A stretch of 64,000 nt of DNA from contig NC_043025.1 of NCBI RefSeq assembly GCF_006345805.1, positions 2,418,001 through 2,482,000 of the forward strand, written 5' to 3'. The notes below the pieces were generated by a model, which was not told the DNA's origin, did no database searches, and worked only from the letters and a program-made list of their open reading frames with translations. The stretch comes from Octopus sinensis (Eukaryota). Numbering within the stretch: the first letter of the stretch is position 1; each line of letters begins with the position of its first letter. Shown piece by piece: positions 54,635 through 64,000 of this stretch. The position numbers and the translations under genes were made by a program.

Positions 54635-54968
54635 CATTCTGTTGCTTCCTTTCAGCACGTAAAAAGCACCATCCGAACGTGGCCGATTGTAGCGCCGCCT
54701 TGACTTGCTTTTGTGCCGGTGGCACGTAAAAAGCACCAACCGATCGTTGCCGCTGCGAGCCCCCCTGGCACCTGTGCCGGCGGCACGAAAAAAGTACCCA
54801 CTACACTCACAGAGTGGTTGGCGTTAGGAAGGTCATCCACCTGTAGAAACACTGCCAGATCAGACTGGAGCCTGGTGCAGCCCCCTGGCGTCCCAGACCC
54901 CGGTCACACCGTCCAACCCGTGCTAGCACGGGAAACGGACGTTAAACGATGATGATGATGATGATGAT
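54635..54968 (+). mobile_element. LINE/SINE 3'-end fragment with ~60-67-bp units and (GAT)n tail (RTE-like)
   Basis: Repeated tgtgccggtggcacgtaaaaagcacc; ends gacgttaaac(gat)n. Same family as 55940-56593. Confidence 0.6.
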
Positions 54969-55269
54969 TCTCCCTCTTTGTTTCTCTCTCCTTTTCTCTC
55001 TTACTTTCCCACTCTCTTACTTTTCTTTTCTCTCGGACTCTCCCTCGCTTTCTCTTACTCTGTATCTTTATCTATCTCTCTCCCATTTATAAACAACAAA
55101 AGATCTTTCAAAATTTGTAATTCTGACAAAAAATGGATACGAATTTCATCATATCAAGCAGCGAGTCAGAATTCGAAGGATTTTCCACTGAAGACCTTGA
55201 TTAATCTAACTCTATGACTGAAAAAAAAAAGCAGGTGGTATTTGATAATGAATCTGATGTTTCATTTTC

Positions 55270-55610
55270 CGAAAGTGAAAACAGTGAATCCGAGAGCTCC
55301 GACAGCGATAAAGAAAATGAATTGGCACCTGAATGGAGTGAAAATTGAAAAACTGTTCCTTTCGGTGATTTTTCTGAAGAAACTGGACCAAGCCACAGAC
55401 TTTCCCAGGAGAGTAAAGCCTTAGACTATTTCTTACTCTTTCGAATGAGCCTATTTGAAATCATTACGGCGGAAACGAACCGTTACGCTAAATGTAAACA
55501 AAGCGAAAGAAAGGATGGTTAGTGGTTTCCCACAACCTTAAATGAAATTAAGACTATTTTGCCATAAATATTATTATGGGTATCAGAAAGTTACCCAGAA
55601 TAAGAAAATC
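55270..55610 (+). pseudogene. piggyBac-type (PGBD4-like) transposase N-terminal fragment
   Basis: Acidic N-terminus followed by FSEETGP...ALDYFLLF / LFEIITAETNRYA / WFPTTLNEIK / IIMGIRKLP across frameshifts. Confidence 0.7.
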
Positions 55611-55939
55611 TATCGTAAAATTTTGTTGTATACCCAATTGAATATTAGCTAATAACCCATTTTCTATAGCGATGTTTGAACAAAATTTTAATAATTTTAT
55701 ATTTTGTTGAATTTACCTGTATCTACCTGCAATTAGTGTCACTTTGTGACAAAAATTATAGTATAGAATTGGTTGAGAACATTTCATTAAATTATCTTCC
55801 AAAAATCAGATTAATATATTGATAAATAAAAAAGTTATAGTTGTTTAATGAAACCAGACTAAATTTATGATTATGTTAGAAATTAATTGAAACACATAAG
55901 GGGTGTATTTTGGTCAGTAATATAGTAACGAAAGAGTTC

Positions 55940-56593
55940 ATAGGTGTGCATATTTTCAGCTGAACCGACCGACCACATAATGCACAGGGGCCTCACTGAG
56001 GCAATGGCGAAGGACCGAGATCTCAAGAGATATGCTGTGACTGCAAAAACCCGGGCTGCTTCCTGCACCAGTTCCGCATAGCCCCTGCCCATTCAAAGTA
56101 CCTTGGATTCCAGAACACCCCGCTGTGCTTGAGGAGACCTGTTGAGTCAAGTACATGAACATGAACATCGAAATAAATATCAATGGAAATAGTAGTTGTG
56201 ATACCTGTGCCGGTGGCACATAAAAAGCACCATCCGAACGTGGCCGATGCCAGCGCCGCCTCGACTGGCTTCTGTGCCGGTGGCACATAAAAAGCACCAT
56301 CCGAACGTGACCGATGCCAGCATCGCGCTGGCTGGCTTCCGTGCCGGTGGCACGTTAAAACCACCAACCGATCGTGGCCGATGCCAGCCCCCCCCCACCC
56401 TGGTACCTGTGCAGGTGGCACGTAAAAAGCACCCACTACACTCGCGGAGTGGTTGGCGTTAGGAAGGGCATCCAGCCGTAGAAACACTGCCAGATCAGAC
56501 TGGAGCCTGGTGCAGCCCATGGCTTCCCACACCCCGGTCAAACCGTCCAACCCGTGCTAACGCGGAAAAGGGACGTTAAACGATGATGATGAT
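55940..56593 (+). mobile_element. LINE 3'-end fragment with four ~67-bp tandem units and (GAT)n tail
   Basis: Units start at 56206, 56273, 56340 and 56408; same tail as 54810-54968. Confidence 0.65.
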
Positions 56594-57099
56594 ATATCTC
56601 TTATTATAAAAGGCAGATTTTATCTGCCTACCTTTGTCTCTTATAGAAATCTACAATATAGGATTTCTTCAATTACAATTTACCTAGCATTTTTAAGAGT
56701 AGAATAAATCGGGTCGTGCCAGGTCCAGTTTTTCAAATTTCAACCCCAATTATGCAAAACTTAGAGAAAACTCACATTGTGGTGTGTAAGTCAAGTGCTT
56801 TTCTTAGTGTGAGCTACAACACACGCACACACACACACACAAAAACGGAGCGATCTGATTCACTGACGCTATCACCCTAATTTCTCCTCCATTCTCTTTG
56901 CAAGTGTGCAACGATTAAAGTGAAAGCTCTTTCACTCTGCATTCCCACTTCCTCTTTACACACATAGACACGCAAATATATAAATAAAATTGTAAGCTAA
57001 CATGTGTGTGTGTGCGTGTGTGTGAGTGTGTGTGTGTGAGTGTGTGTGTGTGTGAGGGTGCGTCTGTGTGTGTGTGTGCGTGTGTGTGAGTGTGTGACA

Positions 57100-57570
57100 G
57101 GAAAGTTTTTTAGGACGAATATAAGAGCTAAAGTATATCCAAGTAGCAGAAAGATCGCCCAAAAGTGTATATAGATATTTAAATGTATTTATATATTCAT
57201 CTATACACACATGTATGTATAATGTATGTGTATATATTTCCATAGAGGTAACCATTCACTCCGCACAAAGTTTTTTTAGGACGAAAATAACATCTAAAGT
57301 TATCTCTAAGTAGCAGTCGCCCAAAAGTGTATATAGACACACACATGTATGTATAATGTGTGTGTATATATTTCCATAGAGGTAACCATTCACTCCATAC
57401 AAAGTTATTTAGGACGAATTGGACGAATATAAGATCTAAAGTCAATCCAAAAGTGTATATAGATATTTAAATGTATTTATATATTCATCTATACACACAT
57501 GTATGTATAATGTGTTTGTATATATTTCCATAGAGGTAACCATTCACTCCGCACAAAGTTTTTTAGGACG
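57100..57570 (+). repeat. Minisatellite-like tandem array (three ~135-155-bp units), probably inside a Helitron starting at 56597
   Basis: ccatagaggtaaccattcactcc recurs at ~57240, ~57374 and ~57528; upstream A|TCTCTTATTATAAAA at 56597 looks like a Helitron 5' end. Confidence 0.7.
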
Positions 57571-57578
57571 GACGAAAA

Positions 57579-58425
57579 TCTTTATATATAAAAGAAAGGT
57601 TGTGTGTCTGTCTACTCCGATTTAGATTCCTAACTACTCCCACATTTTGCGATGCAGTTTAACCAAAACCGAGTATCTTATAGTCGTGATTCATATCGAG
57701 CCCTTCTGGGTATTAGCGCACGTCTACGATGAGTCTACGATTTTACAAATAATTTACCATCATTTTCTCCCATTTTAATGCATATTTTTTTAAATAAAGG
57801 GAAGTAACTATCAAACTTCACACCAATATGCGTGCTCATATGCGACGTAATATCACATCAGCAGCATTTCCTCACACCCTCCTTGCACTTGGCGAAGGCA
57901 AAATACCAGGGGATGAAAATGGTAATATTGCCATCGATTCCATTTGTACCATTGTTAAGACGCCTTCTGATCTCAGAGATGCAGTGTTCCAAGATCTACA
58001 AGCTAATTATCAGAATATGGATTGGATTGGCCAAAAGGCTATACTGGCCCCGAGGAATAAAACTGTTCACCATATTAATGATGAAACGCTAAAACTCATT
58101 CCTGGGGAAGTCTATGTATATCAGTCTATCAATACAACTCCTGACCCAGAGGACGTCATCAACTATCCAATAGAGGTACTCAATTCCTTTGAGCACCCCG
58201 GACTAACACAACACATTCTCAAACTTAAAGTCGGTGCCCCTATAATGCTCATCAGAAATTTGGCTCCCCCAAAACAATGCAATGGCACACGTTTGATCGT
58301 TAAGTCTTTATCTCCCAGCCTAAACTTATATCAATATTTGCCTGAATAATCATCATAATTCAGTGCAATCATTAACAGTACTTTCAAGCAATTCAGCCCC
58401 GAGCAACGCCGGGTAATTCTGCTAG
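57579..58425 (+). mobile_element. Non-autonomous Helitron carrying a Pif1-helicase fragment
   Basis: 5' A|TCTTTATATATAAAA; ORF 57828-58349 (AILAPRN...LKLKVGAPIMLIRNL...CNGTRLIV); hairpin cccg-agcaacgc-cggg followed by CTAG|T at 58422-58425. Confidence 0.88.
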
Positions 58426-59589
58426 TATATATATGTGTGTGTGTGGGTGTGCACGCATTATATATACAAATTATATATATATATATATGTATAAATTAAA
58501 TTAGAGATAAAACCACTAATAGGCAAAACAAAAAAAAACATAAAAAGAAAAATATAATATAGAAAATATATAAAATTAAAAATTTAAATTATTTAAATTT
58601 AAAATAAAAATTATTAAATTATATTTATAATTTGTTTAAAAATATATATAACTATCAAAAAGTATTAAAAAGTGTAATATACATAAATACAGATATATAC
58701 ACTTTGTATATATACATTATATATACATATTTACATATCGAACACACACACACACGCACACATATATAAATGAACGCAATGAATATCTGATTCATAATAT
58801 TTGTTCTCATGATTGTGTGGCGTTTGTAGCGATGATAATTCTCCCTATGAATGCCGACAGATACATCAAAGAAACCCGTCTGACGATCTTATAAAGGGAA
58901 AATGAAAGGGAGTTGAGGGCAATACGTTAAATAACGGGAGTGGACATTGTCAACGTTATGAATGAAGGGGAGTAAGAGAGGGAAAGGAGGAAATAGCGTG
59001 AGTGACGAAGATGGCCCCTAGCAACCACACCTTTTAAGATAGGGATTTCTAAGGTAGCCCACGAGCATCGTCACCTCATTCTACATGTCCCTGTACATTT
59101 TGGAGCGAATCGGACGGGTCGTAGTGGCATTGAAAGCGATCCAAGCGGTAAAAACGCATTTCAGTTTTATATATAGAGAAGATATATATAAATGAATCAG
59201 ATAAAAGTCCAAGGCTTTGAAAGATTTCACAACATTTATAGAGAGGTCTTTCAGCTGCTCCAGGGATATTTTGTATATTCTTTCATCGAAGACGGTATGC
59301 GAAAATGGTTAAGCAATAGTTATTCTAGAATACCTATAGCTTAACCATCTTCTCGCAACGTCTCCGATAAAGAGATACATAAATATCCCGGAAACAGCTG
59401 TAACTTCTTCTCTTTAGAAATGTTCTTAAATGTTTCACAGCCTTGCATTTTTATTTCCTTCTGTAATTTTATACATATAGATGTAAAAATATGACCTACG
59501 TTGGACTCCTCATTTGCATGTCCATAACACTTACTCAGCTTTAACTGACACATTTGGGTCTCTTTGACAACATTACCTCACAATTATCC

Positions 59590-59620
<31 letters not shown>

Positions 59621-59787
59621 GTAGCAGTAGTTGTAGTAACTGAAAAGAGGAAATTTGAAAATATTTGAAAATATATTTTTTCTTAGAAAGAAATTTTGTC
59701 CATGTTGTGTTTGATGAAATTCACGAGTGAATGACTTTACAAGTGGTTAAATAAAGGGCGGTTATTGGTTGTCGTTATTCATGTTAA

Positions 59788-60030
59788 TCAAGGTCATACT
59801 CGTTTGTCCAATATAGTGGTGACTCCAACCCGAGCAGGTTATTACATGAATTAGGTTCTCAGATGCACAAGTGAAACTAGTTTTAATTGTGAACCTCTGT
59901 CCTTGTTTGAAAAGGAAGTCCGAGCCTTCAAGCAGGTTGGGGCAGGTTCCACAGTTTGGGCGTCCACATTTTTCCACCGTTGGTTTTTTGGTTGCTTTGT
60001 AAAGCTTCGCGTTTGTTAGTAGTCTGGATC
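59788..60030 (-). mobile_element. Penelope GIY-YIG fragment (duplicate of ~12497-12735)
   Basis: CGRPNCGTC...LIHVITCSGWSHHYIGQT. Confidence 0.8.
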
Positions 60031-60959
60031 CCATCAGACACATCGATAAAGTTGTGTGTGACTAAAGATTTCGAGTGTCATCTGGCATGTTGTTATATCG
60101 CCATCTAGTTGGGGAACGAATAAAATACAAATAAGACTGCAGACATGCAAAAGATTCAAATATGAACGAGGAAGTCTTGTGTTCCTCTTTAGATAAAGTG
60201 ACCTAATGAGCTTTCGCTTTCATAACTGCTTAGAGGGAAAATAAAGTAGTAGAAGAGAAAGATGAAAGAAAATCGGGAGGAGAGGAAAACGAATACTCAG
60301 TCAAAAATAAATGTAATTAGTGGAGATCTTATTCCTTGTCTCTCTGCAGTGGAGATATTATTCCTTGTCAGTCATGCATACCTCAGTTCATCACTTTGAG
60401 ATGCTCTGGTTTTTTCGTAGTGCACAGTCTGTTCCTTTCTTGGTATGCTTCCCTTTCTGCAGCTGCCTCTCTTTCCCTGGACAGAGACATTCTTTTGGCT
60501 TTACCTTGACATTGTAGAAAAATTTGACACCTTCCTTCTAGGCATGGTTATACAGAAATACACGGGCGTAGAAGATAGTAAACAATGAAAATAACTGGGT
60601 AACGAAAATTATATTTCTTAATACGACGAGCAGAACATTAACAAGGTAGTTTTCCGGAGAATAAAGAATTGTACGGGTTGAAGCGAAATTTGTCACTTAG
60701 TGAACCAAAGTGCCAGTATCGAAGGAACCAGAAAAAAGCCATTAACAACAGACAAACAAAAAACCGGCGCAAAAGTAAATAAGAAATTTTTAGGGAAATT
60801 AACTATGTGCGTGGGTTTAAGTGAAATGTTTGAAGTTACTCCTGTCAGTAAATTATGAACTTACATTTATCAGTAATTCCTTCAACAACAACAAAAAGAA
60901 AACACAAAACGTTGCAAAATTAAATAAGAAATTTACCGAAGTGTACGGATTGAAGTGGA

Positions 60960-61790
60960 ATTTATGAAGTTAAAGCCTCCGGGAAAATCAGCAGAGAAAA
61001 GAAAGATTCCAGCATCTCACCTCAACCTTTTCTTTCCAATGTCTTTAATGACTGCATCAGCGATCCCTTTCTGCTCGTTGGTAAGGGTTGCAATGCGTGG
61101 GTGCTTCATGTCATCTTTCTGCTCAACCCGTTACATTCCAATTGGTTCAAGCAAGCTAATATTAAACCAGCTGGTGCCATTTTCAATTAACACAGAATTT
61201 ATGGAGTGTAGAGTCTGCATTCAGCCCTCGGTGAGCATAATCTTCCATCATAGAATTCTTGTCAGTATTCCACAGGCGAAGAAAATTGGAAGGATTTGAA
61301 TAGGTGCAGAGGACAGCAAACGTAATACGCAACTGAAATGGCATCCGATACGCAGTAGCTTCAAGTATAGTATGCTCCAAACCCTCATCTTTTTGGAGGA
61401 GACCAACTCATATGTACGCATCTTTAAATGTTGCATAGATTTCACCTCCTACAGTGCTCACTTCTCAAAGCGCTTAGCACCTGGAACATCCGAAATAGCA
61501 ATTGTAAATAAATTTTTTTTACGTCCTTAGGGTTTTCAGGGTGCAGTTATTTCATTGCAAGGGGAAAAATTGTAGCGCCTTATATAAACCGTTCTTTTGA
61601 AACGTATTTCACACTTTCGTAATTGTACATTTTCACTCCTGGCACTTCCAATCTCTTGTTGTTCAATTAAGTGCATGTTCCCATATAACTCAGCGTAAGG
61701 ATTTACTTGTTGCACATGACACCCAATCTTTGAGAAGAGCTTTGGGAGTTCTGACTTGCTTCCACTCTGTGATGCATTAATAATATACAA
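60960..61790 (-). mobile_element. Helitron remnant (duplicate of 13640-14480)
   Basis: MPFQLRITFAVLCTYSNPSNFLRLW and QQVNPYAELY. Confidence 0.75.
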
Positions 61791-61849
61791 CTGACTGTAC
61801 TGCAGGTGACCATTGACAGTTCGTAGTGTTGTGCAATGTTTGGCCCTGA

Positions 61850-63518
61850 ATACGTTCTATATCCTGGTATTGGATATATAATTTAACGAAGCTATTTACA
61901 CGACGCAATACGATTACTATTACATGAGACTCGACGCTCTCTGCGAACGGATCATAGGGAAATGCTTACCAATCAATTGTTCAAAATCAATTGCTTACGA
62001 CTAGACAGTTCTCCATGTAATGGAAATGTGTCAGACCACTTTTAGTCACTTGTAATATTGTCAGAATCTTTCCACAGCATATCCCCTTTATAGAATTAGT
62101 CTCCCCTAAATTCCACTTGAGAATTAATGTCATAAATTCCAATTCAATCCGTACATTTCGGTAACTTTCTTATTTAATTTTGCAACGTTTTGTGTTTTCT
62201 TTTTGTTGTTGTTGAAGGAATTACTGTTATCTATTATTCGTTTCGTTTTCTGGTGCTAGAACGTGTAATTACAAATTGTTTCTGTGTTGGTACCTCAAAT
62301 GTGTCGTACAATACATTCATGAGAAATTCACTTCTTTTGTCTGATTTTTCCTTGAATCAGGTTATAAGTTGGTTAATAAGTCTTTTATGTTCGATATTTG
62401 TTTTTACCTTTTACCAGGAATATCATTCTTGCAATTTATAAAACAATTGTACCATCCTCCCAGCCTTGTTTAATATATGTATAGGTCTTTAATAAAGTTT
62501 GTCAGCTAACTTGAAGAATTTTGAAGTATTATTCCTTTTTTTTATATTTTCACTCGGTATCGGCTGATCAAAGATGGATCTGATTATTCTAACAAACATC
62601 AAATATCTTTGTAACCAGAGATGTCTGCTTTCTACATTTATGCACTTCAGACCGTGTTGAAAAACATTCCCCAACAACGAAGTGACATGAAACCTTAAGT
62701 GATTTTGGCCACGGGTGCCATTTCGTGACGGGTGTATTTGGAGCTAGAGAACAGCGTATTGCATACTATCACTATATCTTCAATGTTACAGTCCGTTGTC
62801 TAGCAGTTTCGCTAGATATTTATTTCTTTTACTCATATACTGATAATAACGGACGATGATCTGTCTGTATTCAAAAACTTCTGCCGTGTAAAAATCTATG
62901 CAATTTTTTATGGCAAAAATAATTACAAGAGCCTCTTTTTTGATTTGGCTGTAATATTTTCTGCTGATATCATGAACCACCGCCTTCATGCTACCATCTT
63001 TTTATTTATGTAGCATTTCTGCGCCGATTGAGTATTCAGAGGCATCTGAAGTTACAACATTCTCCGCTACAGAATCGAAGCGTGCTAACAACAAATCAGA
63101 TGTTAATATTTTAAAATTTCGTCGAATTCCCTTTGACAATTTTCAGAGCAATTTCAATTGACATTTTTTAAATACATAATCTACTGTAACACTTACCCTA
63201 TGCATATTTAGAATATAATTTTGGTAATAATTTGCTTGTCTCCAAAGCAATTATGTAACGTCGTTATATTGCCTCTGCCTTCAACGGATCTGGTCCTCGT
63301 CCATTTCTTTCAAGTGTTTGTCCAATTCACGCTTTCTTTTTCAACGTAATCCCTAATTTTTTCGAACATATATATTACTTGCTCTACATGTTGATCCCGT
63401 GATTCGCTTTTAATAAGTATATCATCCATATATGGAAATGCAAATTCACTATCCGCTAACACTGCATCCATAAGCTGTTGAAAAATCGGTGTGACATTAA
63501 AGACATATACTAACCTGT

Positions 63519-63556
<38 letters not shown>

Positions 63557-64000
63557 CGTTAATTTTTAGGTATTTATAGCATTCATCGTCTACGTTAATA
63601 TGTAGGTATGCCACCGTCTAATTTTGCAAATATATCCCCCAGGGTAGGTAGCTGATAGTGGAACGTTTTATGATACTCATTTAAACCAGTGGAAAAATCA
63701 GCATACACTCTGATTTTGTTTATTTGTTTCTAACGCTGCAAAAGCTTATCTGTTCCAACGATGCAAAAGTTACAGATCGCTTATATTTAAATACCGGTTT
63801 GGCATTTACTTTTACTTGGAACTTCGTTTTCGTTTTGATGCTGAGATCTAATTTATCAGAGAGAACTTCAGGAAAAATCTTTTAAAATTATTTTTACAAA
63901 TCGTCCGCCGATTCATTTGTATTGGCAAGAAAATCATTCACATTTTTACTGAAAAGATTTATGGGGAGTTCCCATAAGTTAAACAATTCTATTCCGTGTT
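61850..64000 (-). mobile_element. Gypsy remnant (duplicate of 14540-17075)
   Basis: Colinear with copy 1; RNase H YSQIKKEALVIIFAIK; lacks the equivalent of ~15432-15879. Confidence 0.85.

Larger units (their letters stand above)
54587..55936 (-). mobile_element. Non-autonomous Helitron (3' end clear, 5' boundary approximate)
   Basis: Hairpin acccgc-tctacgc-gcgggt (54600-54618) lies ~10 nt from a terminal CTAG|T on the minus strand at 54587. Confidence 0.65.
48972..64000 (+). repeat. Segmental duplication, copy 2 (runs off the window end)
   Basis: Same order of TE remnants and shared TE junctions as 1-17075; the last bases match 17056-17075. Confidence 0.95.

Noticed and set aside
56206-56435. 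CRISPR-like array: palindromic ~27-bp repeat GTGCCGGTGGCAC...AAAAGCACC with ~40-bp spacers (also 54655-54800)
   Set aside because: The spacers are similar to each other, there are no cas genes, the context is eukaryotic, and the array sits in a retroelement 3' end with a (GAT)n tail. It is a tandem repeat.
57100-57570. Regularly spaced repeats resembling a CRISPR or iteron array
   Set aside because: Whole units, including the intervening sequence, are duplicated; this is a minisatellite within a Helitron-like element.

Overview
AT-rich, microsatellite-dense eukaryotic (animal) DNA, most likely an octopus/cephalopod genome (inferred from the tRNA-derived SINE families and the repeat landscape). 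Almost all of it is decayed transposable elements: Helitrons, Penelope-like elements, Tc1/mariner, one Gypsy LTR element, Hero-, R4- and Tx1/L1-type LINEs, two ORF1-only zinc-knuckle retroelements, SINEs and a MITE. No intact TE ORF or complete host gene is present. The one host-coding signal I found is absent from the ORF track: a 72-nt, phase-2/phase-2 leucine-rich-repeat exon at 22579-22650 (+), encoding YLYHNRITTIQQGSFQNFPSLHT(L) between canonical splice sites. The window is built from nested duplications. A recent block copy with ~47-49 kb period pairs 1-17075 with 48972-64000. Older paralogous cassettes lie at ~9, ~19-25 and ~33-43.5 kb, and the last one keeps both intronic flanks of the LRR exon but lacks the exon. 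Best hypothesis (inference): this is intronic space of a very large LRR gene whose repeat number evolves by birth and death of single-exon cassettes.
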